A DNA stretch of 64,000 bases from Candidatus Poribacteria bacterium (GTDB taxonomy: Bacteria; Poribacteria; WGA-4E; WGA-3G). Below, piece after piece: positions 37,750 through 46,386 of this stretch. The notes below the pieces were generated by a model, which saw nothing but the letters and a program-made list of their open reading frames with translations, had not been told where the DNA came from and did not search any database. Position 1 is the stretch's first letter, and every line of letters begins with the position of its first letter. Both the position numbers and the translations under genes were made by a program. The DNA lies in NCBI GenBank assembly GCA_965207855.1, contig OZ242310.1, forward strand, positions 3,444,202-3,508,201, in the 5' to 3' direction.

Positions 37750-38091
37750 TTAGTCGGTTCTGATAGAATCTGTTTCCAAATCTAAAACGAAGGTGATAGT
37801 GTTCTTAATTTGTGTCATCATATTGTCTGAAAGTTTGCCAAGCCTCCGCTCAAGTCGAACTTTCTCTATAGAACCTAATCCTGGCACATTAACGTAAGAT
37901 TGTTGATTAAGAAATCTCAATCGTGGAAGTGCTACTTCATACGGACTTTCCCTATATTGGGTTGTTAAGGGGATATAGATTATTAGATTTCGTGGTGGAT
38001 CTGGATCGTAACGGGATACCACAAGCACAGGTCGCGTTCTCGCGGTTAAACCGAGGTCGGCTAACCAAATCTCACCGGGATATAGGTTCAT
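37750..38091 (-). CDS. mazF: MazF/PemK-family type II toxin
   Basis: 113 aa. GEIWLADL...RPVLVVS is the PemK pattern. Confidence 0.75.
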   Translation of the reverse strand: MNLYPGEIWLADLGLTARTRPVLVVSRYDPDPPRNLIIYIPLTTQYRESPYEVALPRLRFLNQQSYVNVPGLGSIEKVRLERRLGKLSDNMMTQIKNTITFVLDLETDSIRTD

Positions 38092-38257
38092 CGAGTAGGT
38101 CCAAAACCTCCTGTTCTACAGCACGCGAGCGCATTATATCCAATGCATCTCGGTCTGCGAGATCAATGATTTCCAAAATTCGTTCCCTGACCGTCGCTGC
38201 AATATTCGGTTCCCATTCGCGTAATTTCGTGTCTAATCTCTCTGCTAACATATCCAT
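38072..38257 (-). CDS. Putative antitoxin (61 aa) overlapping the mazF start
   Basis: Small acidic protein with a 20-nt overlap on the toxin gene. Confidence 0.45.
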   Translation of the reverse strand: MDMLAERLDTKLREWEPNIAATVRERILEIIDLADRDALDIMRSRAVEQEVLDLLDEPISR

Positions 38258-38394
38258 TGGTCTCTCTCCGTTACTTTATTTGTTGGTATTGGAAAAACTG
38301 ATAAACGTCTCCGCAATCAGTTCTTAAAAATCATACAACATTTAGGAAGAAGAATCAAGAAAAAGGTGTATCTGGTACTTTCCGTTTCCTGCGT

Positions 38395-38432
38395 AAAAAA
38401 GAAAAGGGCAGGCACAGATGCCTGCCCATAAC
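38395..38432 (-). terminator. Rho-independent terminator for the vWA-VIT gene (GGGCAGGCATCTGTGCCTGCCC + TTTTCTTTTTT on the minus strand)
   Basis: 9-bp perfect stem. Confidence 0.6.
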
Positions 38433-38471
38433 AACTGCCTGACACGAATGCCGGTTTCGGCAATCTAAGAG

Positions 38472-40568
38472 TTACACCATTGGTGGTGTAATCTCATAGT
38501 TCACGCCTTTATAGCAGATAATCATGACGAGAGCATCTTTGGCAAGTTTAGTGTATCGCCCTAATTCTGGGAAATGCTGCCTCAGGCCGAAGTAGTCTTC
38601 GCTACCAAACTCAACCTGTTTTCGCTCCGATTTCCCATCATATTCGCTATCTACCCATATCTCACCGTGCCGATGGAATGTCTTACGTCCAATGTATTTC
38701 GTATTAGCATCCTGCCTCTTGTATCGAGCATATTTCCGTTCCTCTAATTCTCGGTTGTATCTAATCCTCTCGGAGATGGGTATCGCTTCCGTGTAGGCAT
38801 CTGAAATCCGTGAATCATCATACACTTTTCGTAGTGAACCATCGTCTGCGTCAACAAATGATGTGTAAGGTGTGGGTACCCCGTATTTCTTACTAAGGCG
38901 TTTAATCTCTTTATAAAGTTCGTCACTTCCATCACCGAGTGCAGCCTGGTCCACGAGTTCCGCTATTCTGCTTTGTGCCCAGAGATGTGGCAAGAAATCG
39001 TTGTCGGATTCAAGTTTGGAGAAATGGACGTTTTTGGAGAATTCCTGCTTTTCGTTGCCGATGATTCCATGAAGTTTCAGAACGGTGTGACCGTGGCCTT
39101 CATAGCGACCCAGAAGCGTCAACTGCTCCTCACGAAACAGGTCTGGCAGGTTTTTCGGGGTTAGTTCTTTCGTAATGATCTGTCCAAAATTGATTCCGAC
39201 ATCCACCAGCATCGGCTCGTTCATTTTCCTGAAGAGCGTAGACACAGCGACCTCAATGTCTTCATTTGGTTTTACATAAGTGCGCGAGCCACCGTTATCC
39301 GCCGCCATCTTGTCGAGTAAATGGTCGTTCACATCGTACCCTACACCGAATACAAAAATGCGAGATAGATTCCGGTTCGCTTTCCCGACATTTTCGAGGA
39401 TTCTGGCTGCGTTCGTTACACCAACGGTCGGTCGTCCATCGGTAAGGAAAACGATGATCCGTGGACGTTTAGGATCCGGTTTTTCGGCTAACGCAGTGAG
39501 TAGCGCATCATTGATGTTTGTCATACCGCGTCCTTCAATACCGTCAATAAATGCGAAGCCTTTTTCACGTTCACCTTTCACGTTAATGAGTTTTTCGGAC
39601 AAAACTGTAGAGTCGGGCCAGCGTTCACCACCAAACCACTCTTCGCCTCTGTTCAACCTATCAGCGAGCGAGGTGATGTCTTCGTTAAACAGAATGAGGT
39701 TGAACCGATCGCCGTCGTTCAGATTATAAACACAATAGCGGAGTGCTTCTTTCGCTTGTGCGACTTTTCGCCCGCTCATACTACCTGACCGATCTAAAGC
39801 GAAAATGAAGTCTTTCTCAGAAATCTCTGTCTGTTTTACTTTATACTTCGGCGAAACGAGCAGCATAAAGTATCCATCTTCTTTCTCATCGGCGCGGTGC
39901 GTAAGCAAGGTAATCCCGAAATTGTCATCTGAAACCGCATAGTAGCAGAGAAAGTCGTCGTCTGGGTCTACATCTGTACCTTCATAACTGATACGCACGT
40001 GGTGATCGTCCTTGCGGTTGATCGTAACCTCGTGTGAGGGTGAGTAAACCGTTCTGAGTTCATCTTCACTTTCAATCTCCATCTCAACGTGAAGATTTCC
40101 GATCAGTCCAGATGCCGATTTCGCAAGCGACAACGGATAGGTGTACTTAGCAAGGTCGCTCTCTGCGCTGATCACCTGAGAGTACTCAAATTTGACGTGT
40201 CGCATGGCGTTTGCTGGAATCCCCGCTACACGTGCCACAAACGCCCGCGTGCCGATGTGCTCCAAAATTGATCTGTTACCACCGTAACGGGCACTACGCC
40301 TATAAATCCGGTGGGATTCTTCTTGAGAGAGGAGTTCTCCGTTTATTGATTCTCCATCAATGGAGAGGGCAAGTTTTGAAAAGACCGCATCATCTGGCAA
40401 AGGAAAGAGGTAGATTCCATTGACTTCAAAGTCGTTTGGATTAACGAAAATCTGGTCTACCTTCGTTGTCGTGAGTTGGTTTTTAATGCCGATCTTGATG
40501 TGGTGGCGATCAATTTTTAAGGGGATCGCGCGACCCTCTGTGTGCTCAAGGGAAACTATAGTTAACAT
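38472..40568 (-). CDS. VIT (vault/inter-alpha-trypsin) + von Willebrand factor A domain protein; start re-called (track ORF runs to 40844 by reading through the IS terminus)
   Basis: MIDAS motif DRSGSMSG. ATG at about 40568 with AAGGAGG RBS. The upstream 92 codons of the track ORF are antisense to IS3 orfA and its IR. Confidence 0.7.
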   Translation of the reverse strand: MLTIVSLEHTEGRAIPLKIDRHHIKIGIKNQLTTTKVDQIFVNPNDFEVNGIYLFPLPDDAVFSKLALSIDGESINGELLSQEESHRIYRRSARYGGNRSILEHIGTRAFVARVAGIPANAMRHVKFEYSQVISAESDLAKYTYPLSLAKSASGLIGNLHVEMEIESEDELRTVYSPSHEVTINRKDDHHVRISYEGTDVDPDDDFLCYYAVSDDNFGITLLTHRADEKEDGYFMLLVSPKYKVKQTEISEKDFIFALDRSGSMSGRKVAQAKEALRYCVYNLNDGDRFNLILFNEDITSLADRLNRGEEWFGGERWPDSTVLSEKLINVKGEREKGFAFIDGIEGRGMTNINDALLTALAEKPDPKRPRIIVFLTDGRPTVGVTNAARILENVGKANRNLSRIFVFGVGYDVNDHLLDKMAADNGGSRTYVKPNEDIEVAVSTLFRKMNEPMLVDVGINFGQIITKELTPKNLPDLFREEQLTLLGRYEGHGHTVLKLHGIIGNEKQEFSKNVHFSKLESDNDFLPHLWAQSRIAELVDQAALGDGSDELYKEIKRLSKKYGVPTPYTSFVDADDGSLRKVYDDSRISDAYTEAIPISERIRYNRELEERKYARYKRQDANTKYIGRKTFHRHGEIWVDSEYDGKSERKQVEFGSEDYFGLRQHFPELGRYTKLAKDALVMIICYKGVNYEITPPMV

Positions 40569-40707
40569 GGTTTGCTCCTCCTTTATGCTAAAATACTTAT
40601 GATAGATTTGAAAACTAAATAGAACTTTGTACTGCCACCGGAAATTAGGGCCACCCTCTAAGGCAAGATTGTGATATACTAACAATCTATTTGAAAGGAG
40701 CATTCCG

Positions 40708-40995
40708 ATGGCGAAACGAACGAGATACACCCCCGAGTTTAAAGCAGCAGTCGTGCTGGAGGCCCTCAGCGGTGAAAGTTCAAAGCAGAACTCTGCCGGC
40801 GACATAACCTCAGCGAACAACAACTCTCGAAGTGGAAGCAGCAAGCGATTGAAAACTTTGCGTCTCTGTTTGGCTCCAAGGATAAAGCGTCAGCGGCGGA
40901 TGCGTCGCGTATCGCTCACCTTGAGCAACTCGTTGGGCGTCTCACTGTCGCCTTAGACATTGAAAAAAAAGCCGCGAAGTGGTTGCCCTAACGGC
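40708..40995 (+). pseudogene. IS3 orfA (transposase HTH) carrying an apparent 1-nt frameshift near 40780 in addition to the programmed site
   Basis: Frame 1 gives MAKRTRYTPEFKAAVVLEALSGESS. A second frame continues with the canonical KAELCRRHNLSEQQLSKWKQQAIENF...LDIEKKAAKWLP. Confidence 0.55.
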
Positions 40996-41833
40996 ATCAA
41001 AGAAACGAGAAATGGTGGCAAAAGTGCACAAGGCTTCTTCATATTCGATTCGGCAGATTTGTAAGACCCTCGGCTACAACCGGAATCTTCTCTATTATCA
41101 GCCGAAGCGCCCCCCTTCTCAAGAGGGACTGCGAACGAGAATAGAGGAGTTAGCGGCAACCTATCCAACATACGGATATAGACGTATCACGAAGTTGTTG
41201 GCGGCTGAAGGGCACACCGTTGGGTATAAGCGCGTCGCCCGGTTGATGAAAGAAGCCCATCTCTCGGTGGCTGTCAAACGTGCGTGTCAAACGACCCACG
41301 CCGCTGAGAGTCGGCAACCGTGGCAGAATCGCCTGAAGACCCTTGAGATCTGTCGTTGCGATCAGGTCTGGGTCGGCGATATCACCTACGTCCGCCTCAA
41401 CAGACGCTTCGTTTATGTCGCTCTGCTCATGGATGTCTTCACGCGCATGATTCGAGGGTGGAATCTCAGTCAACACTTGACGCAATCTTTGACCTTGCGC
41501 CCCTTAGAGCAAGCTTTAGACGACAGGGTTCCCGAGATTCATCACTCTGATCAAGGCGTGCAGTATCTTTCAAAGGACTATATCTCACTGCTGAGGCAGC
41601 ATGGCGTTGAGATTTCGGTCGCACACAGAGGACGCCCTTGGGAGAACGGATACGCTGAACGGTTGATCCGCACCCTCAAGGAAGAAGAAGTCCACCTTAA
41701 CGACTATCAGAACATCCACGAAGCCAGAGATCGCATCGAGCATTTTATCACACAGGTGTATCATCAGAAACGCCCACATTCGGCGTTAGGCTATTTGACA
41801 CCTATGGAATTTCAGCAACAAAACTTGTCTTAA
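40979..41833 (+). CDS. IS3 orfB (DDE integrase core)
   Basis: rve-type catalytic core with the DDE residues. Confidence 0.85.
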   Translation: MVALTASKKREMVAKVHKASSYSIRQICKTLGYNRNLLYYQPKRPPSQEGLRTRIEELAATYPTYGYRRITKLLAAEGHTVGYKRVARLMKEAHLSVAVKRACQTTHAAESRQPWQNRLKTLEICRCDQVWVGDITYVRLNRRFVYVALLMDVFTRMIRGWNLSQHLTQSLTLRPLEQALDDRVPEIHHSDQGVQYLSKDYISLLRQHGVEISVAHRGRPWENGYAERLIRTLKEEEVHLNDYQNIHEARDRIEHFITQVYHQKRPHSALGYLTPMEFQQQNLS

Positions 41834-42056
41834 CTTTACGGAATTTTGGCCCTAATAAAGGGTGGCACTACACTTAAAACGTGCGATGAATCGCAATACT
41901 ACAAGCAGGACCGTTCGTAGTAGAGCAATTTATTGCTCGTCAATTACCAAAATATTTTTTCAAATTTCAGTTTGTGCTACAGAACGTTTAAGGCATCTTC
42001 TACCTTTGCCTTATTGAACCACTTGTCAACAAGCTGCGTAAGTTCTAACGGGAGCT

Positions 42057-42950
42057 CTACGCCCTCGGATTAGCAAGAACAGTCATATCAACATTAAGCC
42101 GATCGGCAATGTCCTCCAGAGTGCTTGCCTTCCTTACAGTATTGGTCCCCGAAACTATGTAATATGTTCCTGGGTCAGTTTCAACTTTTCTTTGGGCTTT
42201 ATCCTCATAGTCACAATTTGCAATTAGAGGTATCCCATTAATATGTAAATCGAGTTTCTTGACTTTCTCGATTCCTAATTCCTTAATTACCTTGATAAAG
42301 GTATCTATTGCCGTATCCTCTGAAATCCAAGGCCCACCGTTTATTCGCACAGCGAGAATATTAGATTTTGTTTCGATGATAGGATCCGGTGGTTCACCGA
42401 ACAAACCGATCAAGGCCTCATATAAATTCTTACCAGGCATACCATTTCCAGCTTCAATGTAACGGATATATCCGGGGGTACAGCCTACACTCTTAGCCAC
42501 GTCATCCGGGGTCTTGTTATTTCGTGCCTCTCTAAGCCATTTTCCGAATGCAATGGCTTCTTCACTTTTAGTATGCTCTACATTGGTTTCTATGATTTCT
42601 TTATCTGAGGTCGGCGGCACATCTTCTGTAAAACGTTCCGTATATTGCACCGCATAATCCTCAATATATTGGATGATCCGGGGGGTTGCATGGAACCATT
42701 CACCGCGTGCCCGAAATCCTCCAAAATGCTCATGTATCCTCCTTTCTTCGCGGCGTGCTTCATCTTCTGTGTCAAACGGGAGGACTCCCATTGCCCATAT
42801 TGGAGATTCAGACCCGGTTTGGAGTGCTGTTTTGCGTAATGAGAGTTCTGTCTTTGTGTAACCAATCTTGATGAAGTCTACTTGCTCATCGCCAAACGTG
42901 CTCTTAGCAAAGAAATACACCAGGGGTTTCGGTTGATTTTGATCTGACAT
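42057..42950 (-). CDS. T5orf172 (GIY-YIG-superfamily)-like N-domain + XRE-type HTH + uncharacterised C-terminal domain protein
   Basis: The N-terminus VYFFAKSTFGDEQVDFIKIGYTKT...RK..LQTG matches the T5orf172/MUG113 pattern from memory. The central segment KWLREARNNKTPDDVAKSVGCTPGYIRYIE is an HTH. Confidence 0.5.
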   Translation of the reverse strand: MSDQNQPKPLVYFFAKSTFGDEQVDFIKIGYTKTELSLRKTALQTGSESPIWAMGVLPFDTEDEARREERRIHEHFGGFRARGEWFHATPRIIQYIEDYAVQYTERFTEDVPPTSDKEIIETNVEHTKSEEAIAFGKWLREARNNKTPDDVAKSVGCTPGYIRYIEAGNGMPGKNLYEALIGLFGEPPDPIIETKSNILAVRINGGPWISEDTAIDTFIKVIKELGIEKVKKLDLHINGIPLIANCDYEDKAQRKVETDPGTYYIVSGTNTVRKASTLEDIADRLNVDMTVLANPRA

Positions 42951-42955
42951 GATTG

Positions 42956-43228
42956 TTACTCCTTATTGGTAATGACTTTGGATTTACCTATTGGTAGATC
43001 ATCAGTTAAAAGCCGTTCAATACTGGTATCAAAAACTTTTGCTATCTGGTAGCATCTCCAAACCGTAGGAGAATCTTTTCCCTTTTCAAAGCGCGAGATC
43101 ATTATCTGCGATGTGCCGATCTTCTCAGCAAGTTCGACTTGAGTCAAATTTCGCATGACACGTTGCCTTCGGATATTCTCGCCGAGTCTTTCCCTAACGT
43201 GTTGAGGAATACGAGATTTGCTTTGCAT
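42956..43228 (-). CDS. XRE-family HTH transcriptional regulator (90 aa)
   Basis: LTQVELAEKIGTSQIMISRFEKG is an HTH_3 motif. It lies 5 nt upstream of the T5orf172-HTH gene. Confidence 0.8.
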   Translation of the reverse strand: MQSKSRIPQHVRERLGENIRRQRVMRNLTQVELAEKIGTSQIMISRFEKGKDSPTVWRCYQIAKVFDTSIERLLTDDLPIGKSKVITNKE

Positions 43229-43277
43229 AATACCCTCCGTTATTGCTAATAAATAATTAGTATTACTTATAATTTAG

Positions 43278-43318
43278 AATTATAAATACTAAATTATAAG
43301 TAATTATACTATATTGAT
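43278..43318. promoter_or_regulatory. Perfect palindromic operator ACTTATAATTTAG-N13-CTAAATTATAAGT upstream of the XRE gene
   Basis: 13-bp arms that are exact reverse complements, about 50 nt upstream of the XRE start. Confidence 0.6.
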
Positions 43319-43560
43319 CGCCTTAAGTCAAATTTTTTTGCATCTGTTCATGAAAAGGGTAAAGTTTACCCATTCATTACAAAAATGGTATTCCAATGTT
43401 TTTGAGGATCAGGAATGGTGAGTTAAGCTGGCGCGGTGTTTCTTTGCCCATGTACTTTTTAGAATTTCACCAGCATACCAGTAAGTTAATTTTCGACTAT
43501 TGAGGGAATTTTTCTTGCTTCGCGAAAGTATTGCGAGTTTATCCACTATTTAAGGAACCT

Positions 43561-45171
43561 CTAACCAAAATTTTCACTTGAAGGGCGTTCTTGCAACACA
43601 GGAACAACGTAACTCCGAATCGTCAACCCGTCTATCATCTCTGTCTCAGTCCGCGGTTTTGGTGCCTCGCGATGATCGAACACCACGTGGTAGCCTTCTG
43701 TTACATCTTCCGTTGATAGATACGCCGCGAGTTGTTGCTTCCCTGCGGTATAACCTCTTTCACTTCTCCAAATCTTTGTTTCAACGATGTATTTTTTTTG
43801 GTTGTGAAGGATGAGTAAATCCATCCGACCTCGCCCTGTAGGAACCTCCATATACATTGCCCCATTCACGCTGGCAACAAACTGGTCAAGATAGGCAAAA
43901 AGCAGATGCTGTCCGATGAACTCTTGCGGTGTTTCAGGGACTTGTAAGATCCTAAATCCTGCGCGGGCAATAAAGTCCCGGAAGTTATCCATGAGTCGTT
44001 CCATCTGAATGTGTCCGGTGGCCGTAAGATACTGAAATCCATCGGTCCCTTCGGGGAAGTAATCGTTCTCCAATCCGTTGATTACTGGCTTGAATGCTTG
44101 TAAAATGCAATGTAGATAAATTGGATTGTCAATTTTACACATTCTGTCACTGCCTCTCGCGAGTACTCCGTACGTTGCAAGTTCATTAATAAGTTCGTTG
44201 CGTAGGTTGAAAGGCACTCCTTCTTCGTACAATGCGATTCGCATCAAAAAGTTTTCAAAGCGAGGATTTCGACGGATATTGGTCGTCAAATGTGTTAGGT
44301 TGGTATTATTTTCATCCACGAGTTGTATGTGTGCTGCTGAAAAGTGTGCCAACGTGATCGTTTCAGTTTTCGGGATGTCCATCTCCTCTGTGAGTATCTG
44401 CGCGAATCGGTTGACAAGAAAGGGTTGGCCCCCTGTCTGTTTGTGAATGGCTTCAGATACTTCTGGAGCAAAAGCCTGTCCGACCTCAGCGGTATATTGT
44501 CCGAACAGCTCTTGCACCTGTATGAGTGTAAAATTGGGCAGAGCAAAATCGTCGTGGATATTGAACGGAGAAACAGAGCGATCATAGTCAAGTTGTGCAA
44601 TACTTTTAACACCCACAATGCCAAGACTGTGCGGACATTGAAACGTGGTGTCAGTGACGTAAGTATGTCGAAACGCGTGCAGAAAACCCTTCAACGCAGA
44701 TGTAGGGATACCATCAAACTCGTCAATAATGAGGACAACTTTCTGCCTGTTTTCCCCATCCTTCAGGAAACGCTGAACCTGTTCAAAGAATTCCATCATT
44801 GACAAATGGTTGGTTATCTGGGCATTGTCGAGAAAATGCTTTAGCGTTGCGTCGAGTGCCGCTCCGCGTTCGTAGAAAACGCGTTCAATTTCCTTGCAAA
44901 TTCGTTTGGTGAGAGACTCGTAAAATTCGGAACGATCACAATCTACATATATTTCAAAATTCAGTTGAATAGGAAAATAGGTTAGGTCTTCAGCGGCGAG
45001 TGCTGCAACGGCGCGCTGAAAGAAAGTCGTCTTCCCTGTCTGCCGCGGTGCGAAGATGACGATATAGCGTCCCTCTTTAACGCGCTTGATGAACTCAGTA
45101 AGTTCTTCAGTGCGAGGGACAACGTAATGCTGTTCAGGGTTCACAGGCCCCTGCGTACCAAATCTTCTCAT
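43561..45171 (-). CDS. AAA-ATPase-like (PF09820-type) N-domain + PD-(D/E)xK nuclease (PDDEXK_9-type) C-domain protein
   Basis: Walker A APRQTGKTT, Walker B LIIDEFD. The C-terminus GRGRMDLLILHN..YIVETK is a PD-(D/E)xK-like D...E.K. Confidence 0.6.
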   Translation of the reverse strand: MRRFGTQGPVNPEQHYVVPRTEELTEFIKRVKEGRYIVIFAPRQTGKTTFFQRAVAALAAEDLTYFPIQLNFEIYVDCDRSEFYESLTKRICKEIERVFYERGAALDATLKHFLDNAQITNHLSMMEFFEQVQRFLKDGENRQKVVLIIDEFDGIPTSALKGFLHAFRHTYVTDTTFQCPHSLGIVGVKSIAQLDYDRSVSPFNIHDDFALPNFTLIQVQELFGQYTAEVGQAFAPEVSEAIHKQTGGQPFLVNRFAQILTEEMDIPKTETITLAHFSAAHIQLVDENNTNLTHLTTNIRRNPRFENFLMRIALYEEGVPFNLRNELINELATYGVLARGSDRMCKIDNPIYLHCILQAFKPVINGLENDYFPEGTDGFQYLTATGHIQMERLMDNFRDFIARAGFRILQVPETPQEFIGQHLLFAYLDQFVASVNGAMYMEVPTGRGRMDLLILHNQKKYIVETKIWRSERGYTAGKQQLAAYLSTEDVTEGYHVVFDHREAPKPRTETEMIDGLTIRSYVVPVLQERPSSENFG

Positions 45172-45272
45172 ATCTATTTTTTCTCATTACATAAGAGAAA
45201 GAATAAAAAACGGGCAGATCTGAATGACATCCGCCCGCATAAGTTTGTAAACCTAATGCTAAATGCAGATGC

Positions 45273-46223
45273 CTAAAAACCAAGTTCCTTATTCACAATA
45301 TTCCGCAGCTCCTCACCCTTCAAATACCGTTCCAAGTTATCCAAGAAGAACCCAGTGATACGGCGCATGCGATGCTGTGAACCACCCGCAGAATGCGGTG
45401 AGATAATAACATTATCAAAATCCCACAACGGACTGTCTGCTGAAAGCGGTTCGACTTCGGTGACATCTAAACCTGCTGCAGCGATTGTTCCGGCTCGCAG
45501 AATCTCAATCAGATCGGGTTCGTTGACAATCGGACCGCGGGCGACGTTAATAAAGAACGCCGTTGGTTGCATCACAGAAAGGTTATCCTTATTAATCAGA
45601 CCCCGTGTCTCTTCGGTCAACGGACAGGCAATCATCACAACGTCCACTTGACTCATCATATTTGAAAGTTGATCCATTGGTAGCAATTCATCGACGTTAT
45701 CGGGTTTATCCGTGCGGTAGGCATCGACAGCCGTGACGTGCATATCAAACCCTTTGGCGCGCTTCGCCATCTGCATCCCGATACCACCCATCCCGACAAT
45801 ACCGATCTTGAACTCATCAATCTCAATCATAGGCATTGTCCTGGCACCACCCCATTGGTGTTTGTCCTGATTCCGAACGGATTCATGGATACCACGGGCT
45901 AAGCCGAGTAGAAGCGCAAACGCTTGATCTGCGACATGCGTTGCGTACAAGCCTGCGGCATTCGTCAAAATGACATCGCTCTCGCGGATTGCAGGATACA
46001 TGTGCCGATCCATACCCGCACTGGAGGATTGAATCCATTTAATATTGGGGAAATGCGGGAAAATGTCTTCGCTGCAATAACCGTAAAAAATATCGACATC
46101 TTTACCTTCTTCGATAAGTTCCTCGGTTGAGTTTGGGACAACGTAGGTGTGTTCGTCGCCAAGGATGCTTTCCAATCGCTCAAGAAGTGCGCCTTCAAGA
46201 CCTCTTTGAAGTAGAATTTTCAT
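45273..46223 (-). CDS. D-isomer-specific 2-hydroxyacid dehydrogenase family protein (start re-called at MKILLQ with AGGAGG RBS)
   Basis: NAD-binding GIVGMGGIGMQMAKRAKGFD, and catalytic R/E/H segments. Confidence 0.8.
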   Translation of the reverse strand: MKILLQRGLEGALLERLESILGDEHTYVVPNSTEELIEEGKDVDIFYGYCSEDIFPHFPNIKWIQSSSAGMDRHMYPAIRESDVILTNAAGLYATHVADQAFALLLGLARGIHESVRNQDKHQWGGARTMPMIEIDEFKIGIVGMGGIGMQMAKRAKGFDMHVTAVDAYRTDKPDNVDELLPMDQLSNMMSQVDVVMIACPLTEETRGLINKDNLSVMQPTAFFINVARGPIVNEPDLIEILRAGTIAAAGLDVTEVEPLSADSPLWDFDNVIISPHSAGGSQHRMRRITGFFLDNLERYLKGEELRNIVNKELGF

Positions 46224-46386
46224 ATTTTTAACTATTACCTCCTGGGCTGCCCTCCATTTCATTGCGGGCAGGTTTATGGTTAATTCCAAGCTGGATTGGT
46301 ACAGCGTGCGCGGTTCATGTTCATTAAGAACTTCGGGATAGTGGGATAGAGGCACGCGGGAAGGCACTTTGTATCCTTCTCTCTTT

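Larger units (their letters stand above)
40628..41872 (+). mobile_element. IS3-family insertion sequence (1245 bp): IRL TGTACTGCCACC..., IRR ...GGTGGCACTACA
   Basis: orfA followed by orfB with an A6G slippery site (40965..40971) at the overlap. orfB carries the DDE triad (VWVGDITYV / HSDQGVQY / ENGYAERL). The ends are TG...CA. Confidence 0.85.

Noticed and set aside
40569-40844. N-terminal 92 aa of the track ORF 38472..40844
   Set aside because: This part reads antisense through IS3 orfA and the IS inverted repeat. A proper ATG with AAGGAGG RBS exists at about 40568, just outside the IS.
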